A DNA stretch of 64,000 nt from the NCBI RefSeq assembly GCF_009914755.1, contig NC_060943.1; one strand, 5' to 3'. The notes beneath the pieces were generated by a model, which was not told the DNA's origin, ran no database searches, and saw only the letters and a program-made list of their open reading frames with translations. A program made the translations under genes and the position numbers. The DNA is from the human T2T-CHM13v2.0 reference genome, Homo sapiens. This document shows, in pieces, positions 1 to 14,645 of this stretch; within the stretch, counting starts at the first letter, position 1, and every line of letters starts with the position of its first letter.

Positions 1-461
1 TGTCAAGTGGCATATCACAATTCCCACTGTGGACAAACCCCAGAAGAAAGGAGTCACATTATCTAGGTGGGAGGCCCAAACATATGTCACAGTGACTCCT
101 GTGTGCAGGGACCAGGCAGAATAATACACCACTGTTTTACTTGTCCCAGCAATAAGTCCCTCTCTATTCTGTGGACATGGCCAAGGCAGGAGAGGAATGT
201 CACCTCACATAGGTAAAAAGGGCATCTACCTGAGCTTGGTCTATAGGAGAGATTGTAATGGGTCAAGAAATATGTCACAATGCTCTCTGTGGTAAGGGTT
301 CAGGCAGAGGACTCACATCATCTTAGTACTGGGCCCAGTAGTATGTCCCAATGCCTTCTAAGGGAACAGCCAAAGCAAAAAAAGTAATATCACCTTACTG
401 TTAGGCACAGTCGTATCTCATAATCTCTTTTGTGAGCAGAAACTTAAAAAAAGAAAAGTGT

Positions 462-776
<315 letters not shown>

Positions 777-1814
777 TCAGCTAGGTGCTGGGCCCAACAA
801 TATGTCCCAATACCCCCAGTCATTGGGGAACAGGCAGGAAAAATAAGTCACATTTCCAGGGTGATTGGAAAGATGTATCTTACAATGCCCTCTGTAGAAA
901 GGTCCAGGATGAAGCATTACCTCACCTGGCTGATGGACTTAGCAATATGTCACAATGGCCTATGTAGGTAGGGCACAAGCATGAGAGTCACATAATCAAA
1001 GTGTGAGACCCAGCAATATGTCACAATAAACATGTGGGCAGCACCAAGGCCAAAGAGGAGACTCACATCACCTGGGTGCAAGGTTCAGCAATATGTCACA
1101 ATGACCCCTGTGGGCTTTACAAGGCAGAATAGAGTCTGGTTCCAGGGATATATCACTGCGAGCTGGGCCCAGGGAAGAGAGTCAAACCATTCAGATGCTG
1201 GGCTGAGGTGTATGTCACAATCACACCTGTAGGAAGGTCCTGTGATGACATTAACAATAACACACATGTCCCGAGTGAAGGGATGAGAGTCAACACCTCC
1301 TCCATTTTGGGTCTAAATACAGGAGTCAGTCTCAATGGTGGACTGGGTTTGTGCATGAGCCTCAATTTCTCTTGCAAACTCTGTGCCTTAAAGTTACAGC
1401 CACAAAGGTGCACTGAATCTTGGTTAAAGAGTCACCAACCCAACTATGGAAAGAATCCGAGAGTCCATTTTCCAACATTCAACTGCCTCCAAAAGTAACA
1501 TTCAGAACCTCAAAAGTGGGTTGTGTTCATTTAAGTAGATGACAATCTTTGCTATTAACTGGGTGTGAATATGACTGTCGCAATCTCACCTGTGTGCTCA
1601 GCCTTGCCAGTACACTCTTTTTACCACCTGGGTGCTTTATATGGTATGCAGGAGAGTTGCAATCTGCTCTGAGACCTTTGTACTTCTGTGGATTCTTAAT
1701 CTTATGTGGTCCTAAGTCTAACTATGAGAGTCAACATCTCTCATATTGCCAGGGTCCAGACAGGAGAGTCCTCACTTGCCAATGAGCTGGGTTTAGAAAT
1801 GAGCCAGCATCTCA

Positions 1815-2113
<299 letters not shown>

Positions 2114-2279
2114 GGGTCAGCATCTCAACTGGCCAGATGTTCAGATATGATAGTTACAATTTCAACTGTGGACTGGATCTGCATGTGAGAATCATGACCT
2201 CATCAGTGGGCTCTGTCTATGTATGAGGGTGACAATTCTAAAAATAGGCAGAATGTGCTTACAAGAAACATAATATTTA

Positions 2280-2575
2280 GGCCAGGCATGGTGGCTCATG
2301 CCTGTAATCCCAACACTTTGTGAGGCCAAGGTGGACAGATCATGAAGTCAGGAGATCAAGACCAACCTGGCTAACATGGTGAAACCACATCTCTACTGAA
2401 AATATAAAATATTAGCCATGCATGGTGGCACGTGCTTGTAGTTCCAGCTACTCAGGAGGCTGAGCCAGGAGAATTGCTTGAACCCGTGAGGTGGAGGTTG
2501 CAGTGAGCTGAGATTTCACCACTGCACTCCAGCTTGGGTGACACAGCGAGACTCTGTCTCAAAAAAAGAAAAAAA
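2280..2575 (+). mobile_element. AluS
   Basis: Dimeric Alu consensus match. Confidence 0.9.
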
Positions 2576-3024
2576 CATGATCCAACCTGCTTTGCAGCCC
2601 TAACCAGGACTGAGGCAGGAGCCTCCCATTTTAGGAGTCTGGCTCAGTAAAATGTCACAGTACCAAATATGCAGTTCTCAGGCGGAACAGAAGAGTCACA
2701 TGACCTAAGTTCTTGTTCCAGTGATATGTCCCAATCTTGCCTTTTGGCAGGGACCAGGGAGAAGAGAGCAGTCACATCACATAGGTGATGAATGAACATA
2801 TATGTCCTAATACCCCCATGTACAGAGAAAATGCAGGACAGTTGCATCAGCTATTTGCTGAACCCAGTGATATGTCAAAATATGCAATTTATGCAGGGCC
2901 CAGGCAGGAGAAGAGAGTATCATCACCTAGGTGTCAGGCACAGTGACACATTACAATATCTTCTTGAGAGTCTAAGCAGTGGAGAAGAGCGACATCACCT
3001 AGGTGCCGAGTCAAAAAATATGTC

Positions 3025-3152
3025 AGTCAGGCATAGTGGCTCATGCCTGTAATCCCAGCACTTTGGGAGGTGGAGGCAGGTAGATAACCTGAGGTCAGGA
3101 GTTAGAGATCAGCCTGGCCAACATGGTAAAACCCTATCTCTAACTAAAACTA
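3025..3152 (+). mobile_element. AluS left monomer, interrupted in the A-rich linker by the HML-5 provirus
   Basis: Left arm ends ...TCTCTAACTAAAACTA directly before the LTR TG; right arm resumes after 14440. Confidence 0.85.
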
Positions 3153-3631
3153 TGTGGGGGTTCAGTCAGGATGGTGGGAGAAATTGTAAAATTATAGGAA
3201 ATAAAGACAAACCCTTGTGGAAGGCCTGGGGATTTGCATAAACTGTTTGGCTGAAGGCAGCTGAATTCTCCTAAAAGTTCAGGGCATAGATACATAGGAA
3301 TGTAGACTAGTTTACCTAAATAACTTATTCACAAATGTGGTTCTAAAACTAACCTTTGATAGCTCGTGGGCAGGATGGCTCTTTTAGAGGGGAAGGCGAC
3401 CAGGTTGATTACCCTCTATTAGTGTTGACTCAAAGCGTTTGTCATTTAATGTGTGCTGAATAAATGCCAGCAGGGCCAGTGAGTCAGGGCCATGGCTGCA
3501 ACTCTTTACAGCCCTCTCCTTGGAGTCTGTAAGTGGCCCGGACCCTCAGCCGATCTGAGAAGCACAATATCTGTGTCAGTGTACATTATTCATCTGTCAT
3601 TGTGTCAGGGTCTGCAGGACAAACCCCTGCA
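3153..3631 (+). mobile_element. 5' LTR22 (HML-5)
   Basis: TGTGGGGGTTCAGTCAGGATGGTGGGAG...CCCCTGCA; direct repeat of 13956-14434. Confidence 0.88.
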
Positions 3632-3633
3632 GC

Positions 3634-3651
3634 TGGTGCCCCATGTGAGGA
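3634..3651 (+). promoter_or_regulatory. Primer-binding site, tRNA-Met type
   Basis: TGGTGCCCCATGTGAGGA, 1 mismatch to the complement of the elongator tRNA-Met 3' end (TGGTGCCCCGTGTGAGGA); typical of HML-5. Confidence 0.85.
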
Positions 3652-4320
3652 ATGCTGTGCAGGGAGCACGACGGACCCCCAAACAATGGTAAAAAAGGAA
3701 CTGCACAGTCAGTGAGTAATCGGTAAGTCATTGGTGCCCACATGAGATTTCCAAGTTTGGCGGGGATTGTTCAGGCTGAGGTTTCATCATGGGACAACAG
3801 TTACCAGCTCAGCGGAAATAGTATATAAAAGCATTGAAATAGCTGCTTAAAGCTAGTGGAGCCTCAGTTTTGAAGGCTCAATTAAGGGACCTAATGCAAA
3901 CTGTTGCAACCCATAACCCACGGTTCCCAAAAGAAGGCATGCTGGACATAGAGCTCTGGGAACAAGTGGGGAGAAATCTTAAGCAACACCATGTGCAAGG
4001 GTAACGCATCCCAGTATCATCTTTAATATTATGGGCTCTAGTGAGGGTGGCCTTGGTCCCATTATACACAGAAGAGCCTAAAAAGGGGAAAAAGGAGGAA
4101 TCATCACCTGCCTTACCACCTCCTTCTCCCTCAGCCCCAAAATAACAAAGAAGAAACAGAGGTTTTACCTAAGCCTCCTCCTCAAATAAATAGGAAAAAA
4201 GATGAGGGATACACTACAGCAATGCAACCCTGTCTTAAGCAAGTAGCATTAGAACGGGAGCTATTAGCCTGCCCAGTAATGTAAAATCAATGAGGAAACC
4301 AGTTACATAAAGAGTTGAGA

Positions 4321-4628
4321 GACCAGGCACGGTGGCTCACCCCTGTAATCCCAGCATTTTGGGAGGCTAAGGCAGGCAGAACATGAGGTCAAGGGATCGA
4401 GACCATCCTGGCCGACATGATGAAACCCTGTCTCTACTAAAAATACAAAAATTAGCTGGGAGTGGTGGCACACGCCTGTAATCCCAGCCACTCAGGAGGC
4501 TGAGGCAGGAGAATCACTTGAAAACCCGGGAGGCAGAAGTTGCTGTGAACCAAGTTTGCACCATTGCACTTCGACCTGGCCCAGCCTGGTGACAGAGCAA
4601 GACTCTGTCTCAAAAAAAAAAAAAAAAA
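4321..4628 (+). mobile_element. AluS inserted in HML-5 gag
   Basis: Dimeric Alu; TSD AAAGAGTTGAGA on both sides. Confidence 0.92.
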
Positions 4629-5014
4629 AAGAGTTGAGAAAAGGCATTAGAGGCCACAGCTGTGCAGCCAAGCAGGCAGCGGGCAGAAGAAAAGGTTTGG
4701 CAGCAGGGAAGCTCACAGACATGGTGCCAGCAAATGCTCCCAAAAACAGCCTGTGTGGTGTCGAGGATGGGGAGCCAGGCCCAGCATGCCAGACCTAGCC
4801 TGCTAAGGAGGGGTGGAAGGCGTGCACGGGAAGGTCTGCCAAGCCAGCAGCAGCCTGGTGGTGGGGGAAGGGAGCAGCACAAGCGAAAAGTGGCACAGGC
4901 AAAAAGTGGCGCCTAGGCAAGTGCAACATGACAGCCACCCCAGGACCCGCGCTGCTGCCCTCCAACTCCACGGGCAGCCCACAGCAAAATTTCATGTGTT
5001 CCTTGTATACAAGC

Positions 5015-5429
5015 TATCAGGCCTCTGAGCCCAAGCCTGCAAGTACACATCCAGATGGCCTGAAGCAACTAAAGAACCACAAAAGAAGTGAAAATAATTC
5101 CTGCCTTAACTGATGACATTCCACCATTGTGATTTATTCCTGCCCCACCCTAACTGGTCAATTGACCTTGTGAAATTCCTTCTCCTGGACAATGAGTCTC
5201 ACAACCTCCCCACTAAGCACCTTGTAACCCCCATCTCTGCCTGCAAGAGAAAAACTCCCCTTGACTGTAATTTTCCACTACTTGCCCTAATCCTATAAAA
5301 CTGCCCCACTCCTATCTCCCTTTGCTGACTCCTTTTTCGGACTCAGTCTGCCTGCACCCATGTGATTAAAAAGCTTTATTGCTCACACAAAGCCTGTTTG
5401 GTTATCTCTTCACACAGACATGCGTGACA
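5015..5429 (+). mobile_element. 5' LTR7 (LTR7C-like)
   Basis: T(A)TCAGGCCTCTGAGCCCAAGCCTGCA...GCGTGACA; TATAAAA and ATTAAA present. Confidence 0.88.
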
Positions 5430-5431
5430 TT

Positions 5432-5450
5432 TGGTGCTGAAGACCCGGGA
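5432..5450 (+). promoter_or_regulatory. Primer-binding site, tRNA-Phe-like rather than His
   Basis: TGGTGCTGAAGACCCGGGA versus Phe PBS TGGTGCCGAAACCCGGGA (one C>T, one inserted G); a His PBS would read TGGTGCCGTGACTCGGAT. Confidence 0.8.
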
Positions 5451-8400
5451 TGGGGGACTCCTTCGGGAGACTGGTCCCCTGTCCTCACCCTCACTCCATG
5501 AGGAGATCCACCTACAACCTCGGGTCCTCAGTCCAACCAGCCTAAGGAACATCTCACCAATTTCAAATCAGGTAAGCGGTCTTTTCACTTTCTTCTCCAG
5601 CCTCTCTTACTACCCTTCAATCTCCTTGTCCTTCCAATTCCAGTTCTTTTTCATCTCTAGTAGAGACAAAGGAGACACATTTTATCCATGAACCCAAAAC
5701 TCTGGCACCAGTCATGGACTCAGGAAGACAGTCTTCCCTTAGTGTCTGATCATCATGGGGATGCCTGCCCTGATTATTCACCCACATTCCATTGGTGTCT
5801 GATCATCGTAGGGATGCCTGTCCTGATCACCCACATTCCATTGGTGTCTGATCACCGCAGGGATGCCTGCCTTGGTCATTCACCCACATTCCCTTGCTGG
5901 CAAGACAATTGTGGGGATGCCTGCTTTGGCTGCTCACCCATGTTACAGCCCAGGGCTGCTCACCCCACACCCTTCTCCACATCTCTACCCTTCTCTTCAA
6001 ACTTCACTATGGGTTACCTTCCACCCTCCATTCCCCCTTCTTCTCCCTTAGCCTGTGTTCTCAAGAACTTAAAACCTTTTCAACTCACACCTGACCTAAA
6101 ACCTAAATGCCTTATTTTCTTCTGCAACACTGCCTGGCCCCAATACAAACTTGACAATGGTTCCAAATGGCCAGAAAATGGCACTTTTGATTTCTCCATC
6201 TTACAAGACCTGGATGACTTTTGTCAAAAATGGGCAAATGGTCTGAGGTTCTAGACATCCAGGCATTCTTTTACACATCGGTCCCTCCCTAGTCTCTGCT
6301 CCCAATGTGACTCATCCCAAATCTTTCTTCTTTCTCTCCTGTCTGTTCCTTCAGTCTCCACCCCAAGTTCTGAGTCCTTTAAATCTTCCTTTTCTAAGGA
6401 CCCATCTGACCTCTCTTCTCCTCCCCAGGCTGCTGCTCACCAGGATGAGCCAGGTCCCAGTTCTTCCTCAGCCTCTGTTCCCCGACCCTATAATCCTTCT
6501 ATGACCTCCCCTTCTCACACTTGGTCCAGCTTACAACTTTGTTCCACAACTAGCTCTCCCCCACCTGCCCAAAAATTTCCTCTTAAAGAGGTGGCTGGAG
6601 CTAAAGGCATAGTCAAGGTTAATGCTCCTTTTTCTTTATCCGACCTCTCCCAAATCAGTTAGCATTTAGGCTCTTTTACATCAAATATAAAAACCCAGCC
6701 CAGTTCATGGCCCGTTTGGCAACAACTCTTAGATGCTTTACTGCCCTAGACCCAGAGAGGCCAGAAGGCCGTCTTATTCTCAATATGCATTTTATTACCC
6801 AATCCACTCCTGACATTAAAAAAAGCCCCAAAAATTAGATTCCAGCTGTAAAACCCCACAACAGGACTTAATTAACCTCACCTTCAAGGTGTACAGTAAT
6901 AGAGAAGAGGCAGCCAAGCGGCAATGTATTTCTGAGTTGCAATTACTTGCCTCTGCTGTGAGAGAAACCCCAGCTACATCTCCAGCACACAAGAACTTCA
7001 AAACTCCTAAACTGCAGGGGCCAGGTGTTCCTCCAGGACCTCCTCCCCAGGATCTTGCTTCAATTGCCAGAAATCCGGCCACTGGGCCAGGGAATGCCCG
7101 CAGTCCAGGATTCCTCCTAAGCCGTGTCCCATCTGTGCAGGACCCCACTGGAAGTTGGACTGTCCAACTCACCTGGCAGCCACTCCTAGAGCCCCTAGAA
7201 TTCTAGCCCAAAGCTCTCTGACTGACTCCTTCCCAGATCTTGGCTTAGTGGCTGAAGACTGATGCTGCCCAATTACCTCGGAAGCCTCCTGGACCATCAC
7301 AGATACTTTGAGTAATCTCTTATAGTGGAAGGTAAGTCCATCCCCTTCTTAATCAATATGGAGGCTACCCACTCCACATTCAAGAGTCTGTTTCCTTTGC
7401 CTCCGTAACTGTTGTGGGTATTGATGGCCAGGCTTCTAAACCTCTTTAAACTCCCCAAATCTTGTACCAACTTGGACATTCTTTTATACACTCTTTTTTA
7501 GTTATCCCCACCTGCCCAGCTCCCTTATTAGGTTGAGACATTTTAACTAAATTTTCTGCTTCCATGACTATTCCTGGGCTACAGCCACACCTCATTGCCC
7601 CCCTTTTCCCCAGTTCAAAGCCTTCTTTGCATTCTCCCCTTGTGTCTCCCTACCTTAATCCACAAGTATGGGATACCTGTACTCCCTCCTTTGTGATCGA
7701 TCATGCACCCCTTACCATCCCATTAAAACCTAATTACCCTTACCCCACTCAATGCCAGTATCCCATCCCACAATAGGCTTTAAGGGGACTAAAGCCTGTT
7801 ATCACTCGCCTGTTAGAGCATGGCCTTTTAAAGCCTACAAACTCTCCTTACAACTCTCCTATCCTACCTTTCCAAAAACCAGACAAGTCTTACAGTCTCG
7901 TCCAGGATCCGCATCTTATCAACCAAATTTTCTTGCCTATCCACCCCATGGTGCCAAACCCATATACTCTCCTATCCTCATTTCCTCCCTCCACAACCCA
8001 TTATTCTGTTCTGTATCTCAAAGATGCTTTCTTTACTATTCCTTCACACCCTTCATCCCAGCCTCTTTTTGCTTTCTCTTGGACTGACCCTTACACTCAT
8101 CAGTCTCAGCAACTCACCTGGACTGTTCGCCCCAAGGGTTCAAGGAGAGCCCACACTACTTTGGCCAGGCCCTTTCTCATTATCTGCTTTCTGTTTGCTC
8201 ATCTGCCTTCCACCTTATTCAATATTTTCATGATCTTCTTTGTAGCCCCTCTTACCAATCTTCCCAGCAGGACACTATCCTGCTTCTTCAACATCTCTAC
8301 TCAAAGGGATACAGAGTATCCCCCTCCAAGACACAAATTTCTTCCCCTAGCATTACCTATCTCAGTATAATCTTCCATTGACATACACGTGCCTTCCCGT

Positions 8401-10154
8401 AGACCAGGTTCAGTTAATCTCCCAGACCCCAATCCCCACCACCACACAACTCCTTTCCTTCTTAAGCATTGTTGGTTATTTCTGACTCTAGATACCAGGT
8501 TTTGCTATCCTAACCAAACCACTTTACAAACTCACAAAGGGTAACTTAACTGATCCCACAGACCATAAGTCTTTTCCCCATTCTTCTTTTCACTCTCTCA
8601 AAAAGGCCCTGGAGGCAGCTCCTACACTAGCACTCCCCGACTTATCCCATCCTTTTTCCTTACACACAGCTGAAATACAAGGCTGTGCTGCTGGAGTCCT
8701 CACACAGGAGCCAGGCCCATGACCTGTTGCCTTTCTATCAAAACAACTTGACCTCACAATTCTGGGGTAGCCCTCATGTCTATGTGCAGAAGCTGCCACT
8801 GCTTTAATACTTTTAGGCACCCTCAAAATCACAAGCTATGCTCCACTTACTCTCTACAGTTCCCATAGCTTTCAAAATCTATTTCCCCCTTTCCTGTTCC
8901 CCACCCAGACCACACTTGGTTTACTGATGGTAGTTCTTCCAGGTCCAATTGCCAATCACCGGCAAAGGCAGGTTATGCTATAGTGTCTTCCACATCTATC
9001 ATTGAGGCTACAGCCCTGCCCCCTTCCACTACCTCTCAACAAGCAGAACTCATTGCCTTAACTTAAGCCCTCATTCTTGCAAAGGGACTAGCTGTCAATA
9101 TCTATACTGATTCCAAGTATGCCTTCCACATCCTTTACCACCATGCTGTTATATGGGCAGAAAGAAGTTTCCTCACTACACAGGGGTCCTCCATCATTAA
9201 CACCTCCTTAATAAAAACTCTTCTTAAAGCTGCTCTACTTCCAAGGAAGCTAGGGTAGTTCACTGCAAGGGCCATCAAAAGGCATCAGATCCCATTGCTC
9301 AGGGCAACGCTTATGCTGATAAGGTAGCTAAAGAAGCAGTTAGCATTCCAACTTTGGTCCCTCATGGTCAGTTTTTCTCGTTCTCATCTTTTCACTTTAC
9401 ATTTCCAGTTATGCCTTACAAAGGTCCCTTCTTCCTCTGTGGCTCCTCCACCTACATGTGTCTACCTATTAATTGGACAGGCACATGTACACTAGTTTCC
9501 TTTACTCCCAAAAATCATTTCACAAATAGGACTGAACAGCTTCCTGTTCCCCTCATGACACCAACACTTCACCACTATTTTGTTTTATTTTTCTTATTAG
9601 TATAAGAAGACAGAAATAGGCCTTGAATTACTGCTGAAAAAGGAGGACTCTAAATTTTTAAATGAAGGGTGTTGTTTTGACCTAAATCAATCTGGCCTGG
9701 TATAGGACAGCATAAAAAAATCACAAGGATTGAGCCCCAAAACTCACCAACCAAGCAAATAATTACACTGAACCCCTTGGGCACTCTCTATTTGGATATC
9801 CTGGGTCCTCCCCAATTCTTAGTCCTTTAATACCTGTTTTTCTCCTTCTCTTATTTGGACCTTGTGTCTTCTGTTTAGTTTCTCAACTCATACAAAACTA
9901 CATCAAGGCCATCACCAATCATTCTATATGACAAATGCTCCTTCTAACAACCCCACAATATAACCCCTTGCCCCAAAATCTTTCTTCAGTTTGACCTCTC
10001 CCACTCTAGGTTCCCACGCCACCCCTAATACCACTTGAAGCAGCCCTGAGAAACATCACCCATTATCTCTCCATACCATCCCCCAAAATTTTCACCACCC
10101 CAACACTTCACCACTATTTTGTTTGTTTTCCTTATTAATATAAGAAGACAGGAA

Positions 10155-10576
10155 TGTCAGGATTCTGAGCCCAACCCTGCACATACGTATACATCCAGAT
10201 GGCCTGAAGCAACTAAAAAACCACAAAAGAAGTAAAAATAGCCAATTCCTGCCTTAACTGATGACATCCCACCATTGTAATTTGTTCCTGCCCCACCCTA
10301 ACTGGTCAATTGACCTTGTGAAATTCCTTCTCCTGGACAATGAGTCTCAGAACCTCCCCACAGAGCACCTTGTAACCCCTGCCCTGCCTGCAAGAGAAAA
10401 ACCCCCTTTGACTGTAATTTTCCACTACCTACCCAAAGCCTATAAAATTGCCCCACCCCTATCTCCCTTTGCTGACTCCTTTTTCAGACTCAGTCTGCCT
10501 GCCTCCAGGTGATTAAAAAGCTTTATTGCTCACACAAAGCCTGTTTGGTCATCTCTTCACACGGACATGCATGACA
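10155..10576 (+). mobile_element. 3' LTR7 (LTR7C-like)
   Basis: TGTCAGG...GCATGACA; direct repeat of 5015-5429. Confidence 0.88.
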
Positions 10577-10651
10577 CAACTGATATCCCAGATTATAATT
10601 CTGTGCTAAGATTTAAGTAAAATTTAAGAATTTAAAAGACCTCTTTCTAAT

Positions 10652-13120
10652 AATGGCCACTGTTTTTATCTCTCTCTTACCCCTAATGTGACTCTCTCCA
10701 TTTCCAATTTAAGTAAAGCAGTAGCCTCTGAAGGTAGAGAAATTACAAATGGCTCATGAATTACTTGAAAAGCAAGTAAAAGCTGGGCATGTAGAACCAT
10801 CTAATAGTCCTTAGAATTCACCCATTTTTGTCATCCCCAAAAAGTCAGGTAAATGGAGGCTTTTACATGACCTACATGCTATTAATGCCAACTTGCAACC
10901 TATGGGACCCCTTCAGCAGGGGTTCCCTTCCCCATGGCAGTTCCTCAAGATTGGCCTATAATCATTATTGACTTAAAAGACTGTTTTTATATGATTCCCC
11001 TAGCAGAACAGGACAAAGAAAAATTTGTGTTTACAATACCAGCTATCAATAATGAAAGGCCAGCTTGTCAATTTTATTGGAAAGTGCCTCCTCAAGGAAT
11101 GCTAAACAGTCCTACCATGTGCCAGTATCCTGTAAATAAAGCTTTGCTCCCCAGTATAAAAGAATTTCCTGATTGCAAGATTATTCATTTGATGGATGAT
11201 ATATTACTAACAGTCCCAATGGAGCTGCTACTTTTAAATTTATTTACCTCTATCATAAAGAATACAGTTAAGAGGTTTACTCATAGCACCTGAAAAAGTA
11301 CAAATGTCCTCTCCTTGGAAACATCTTGGGTACATACTAACTTCCAAGTCAGTAAGACCTCAAAAAGTTAAACTAAATACTAGCAACTTACATACAGTAA
11401 ATGATTATCAGAACTTACTGGTCAATATTAACTGACTCTACCCCACTTTGGGGATTCCTACTGATAAGTTACAAAACCTGTTTTCTATCTTAACGGGCAA
11501 TACAGCCCTAGATTATCCCAGAAATTTAACCCCTGCAGCAAACAGGGGAAATTGAGGAAATAGAACAATCCATCTCTCAGAGGCAGCTAGATTGCATATA
11601 TCCAGGCTACTCAATTCAGTAAAACACTCCCCTAGAGGGTTAATAGGAGAGATAACCCCAGAACTGTGCTTCCTAGATAGTTTTTTTGCTCATATACTGG
11701 GACTAAAACACTCTTTCCCTATATCCAATTACTCAGTAAAGTCATCTATTCAGGCCACAAACGATGCAGTCAGTTGCTAGATTATGATCCTGATATCATC
11801 AGGATTCCTTTAAGTAAAAGGCAATTCAAAGCAGTATTGCCAGTATCTATCGATCTGCAAATAGCTCTCTCTGATTACCCAGGACATATAGAGCATGTCC
11901 TTCCTGCTAATAAACTCCTTCATTTCTTATCTTGTACTCCTGTGATTTTGCCTACAAAAATAGTTCACTTCCCCATACCTAATGCTTTAACACTGTTTAC
12001 TGACGGTTCAGGTAAACATGGAAAAGTGGCAGTGTGGTGGAGACCATAAAATTCACTCACTCAATCTGGGTTTACTTTCACTCAGAGAGCTGATATTGGG
12101 GCCCTGATATTGGCCTTGGAAACTTTTTCCACTCAGCTCATCAATATTGTGAGTGACTCTGCTTACTCTGTTTACTTATTGCAGAATCTTGAGACAACCT
12201 TAATTAAGTCCACTCTAAAGTCTGCCCTGTGTGCTCTTTTTCTCTGACTTCAGCAATTGCTAGATCAATGTACACATCCTATTTTTATGGGCACACATTC
12301 GATCCCACAGCTCACTGCCTTGCCCATTAACTTATGGCAATTATCAAGCAGACCTTCCTGTTATAACATCACTGCTTAACCAAGCCAGCAAATCACATCA
12401 ATTCTTCCACCAAAATTAGAAAAACTTATCTAAACAATTTCAACTTACCCAGAGGCTGGCTAAACAAATTATCCTGCAATGCTCAGCTTGCCAGCTTACA
12501 GGCATGTCCCCTCCTTCAACAGGTCTAATTAGTGCACACGCCCTTCCCGGAAAGTCCACTCAATATGTCATTAAACATCTTTTAACTTTTGTGTTTATGG
12601 GGTGGCCCACAACAATTAAAACTGATAATGGTCCAGCTTATGCCAGCTCACAATTTCAACAGTTTTGCCACACGTGGAATATCCAACATTTCACAGGCAT
12701 CCCATATAATCCCCAAGGACAAGCCATAGTAGAATGTGCCCATTCCACTCTTAAAAATATGCTCAAAAAACAAAAAAGAGGGAGTATGGGTAAAGACCCT
12801 GGAACACTATTGGCACAAGCCTTATTGACCCTTAATTTTCTAAATTTAGATGATAAATTTCAATCAGCTGTAGAAAAGCACTTTGCTAAAACCTCTCAAG
12901 ACATAAAACCTGCAGTTTTTGTTAACGTGGGGAAGAGGATATGCTTGTGTTCATACCCCCTCAGGTCCTCTTTGGATTCCAGCACGATGCATCAAACCAT
13001 ACCATGGCATGCCTAGGACCCAACCCCATATCAGAAATGAAGAAACTGACCTTACAGTACCCGCAGCCCTGAACAAAGCAGCTTCCACAGATGACACAAG
13101 CCCCGGACCTGGGGGATGCT
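10652..13120 (+). pseudogene. HML-5 pol remnant (RT, RNase H, integrase) with stops and frameshifts
   Basis: ORF fragments 10934-11293 (RT, catalytic motif reads LMDD), 11774-12049 (FTDGS), 12504-13016 (IN core). Confidence 0.88.
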
Positions 13121-13371
13121 GAAGAGGACAACTCAGGAGGCTGAACGAATCCTGCTCTGGACACTGACACCAATTACTCCAGGAAATTTTTTCCTTGCTA
13201 TGCTTTCTGTGTATATTGCAACTCACATAGGGTATTGATCCTTTTTGTACTCTTGCTTTGCTGGCCACCTGTACCTGCTACACTCTATTAGGCTCATACT
13301 TGAACCCACCTTTCTTTTGCCCTGTCACCTGGGGAGACATCCCCTTCCCAGCCTTTAATAATGTAACTGCT

Positions 13372-13766
<395 letters not shown>

Positions 13767-13955
13767 CTACAGGTCACTCTTTGACTGGAAAAAAATGTTG
13801 CTAATTATACTCATGATTGTCTTATGTTATTTGCTAATTCTAGGATGCAAAGTTGGAATAAGAGCAATGACCACCTCTCCTGAGAGACCTGTTTGTTCCC
13901 ACATCTGTACTCTTCAGTCAACAGAACCTGATGCAAAGAACAGAAAAGGGGAAGA

Positions 13956-14434
13956 TGTGGGGGATTCAGTCAGGATGGTGGGAGAAATTGTAAAATTATA
14001 GGAAATAATCACAAACACTTGTGGAAGGCCTGGGGGTTTGCATAAAATGTTGGGCTGAAGGCAGCTGAATTCTCTTAAAAGCTTAGGGCATAGATACACA
14101 GAAATGTAGTTTATCTAAATGACTTGTTTACTTATGTGGTCCTAAAACTAACCTTTGATAGTTTATGGGCAGGATAGCTCTCTCAGGGTAGGGGGAGGGC
14201 AACCAGATTGATTACCCACTGATGGTGTTGACTCAAAGCCTTCGTCATTTAATATGTGCTGAATAAATGCCAGCAGGGCCAGTGAGTCAGGGCCACAGCT
14301 GCAACTCTTTACAGCACTCTCCTTTGAGTCTGTAAGTGGCCTAGACCCTCAGCCGGTCTGACAAGCATAATATCTGTGTTAGTGTACATTATTCATCCAT
14401 CGTTGGGTCAGGGTCTGCAGGACAGACCCCTAGA
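13956..14434 (+). mobile_element. 3' LTR22 (HML-5)
   Basis: Repeat of 3153-3631, preceded by PPT AGAAAAGGGGAAGA. Confidence 0.88.
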
Positions 14435-14440
14435 AAAATA

Positions 14441-14645
<205 letters not shown>

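Larger units (their letters stand above)
5015..10576 (+). mobile_element. HERV-H provirus (~5.6 kb deleted form, LTR7C-like LTRs), all ORFs disrupted
   Basis: LTRs 5015-5429 and 10155-10576; gag start 6009 (MGYLPPSIPPSSPLACVLKNL...WPENGTFD); pro/RT (VPNPYTLL, LKDAFF), RNase H and env remnant; PPT AAGAAGACAGGAA. Confidence 0.92.

Noticed and set aside
5740-5935. Three to four ~50-bp repeats in the HERV-H leader and the 188-aa ORF 5688-6254
   Set aside because: Leader repeats are an ordinary HERV-H feature; gag frameshifts shortly after the matrix region
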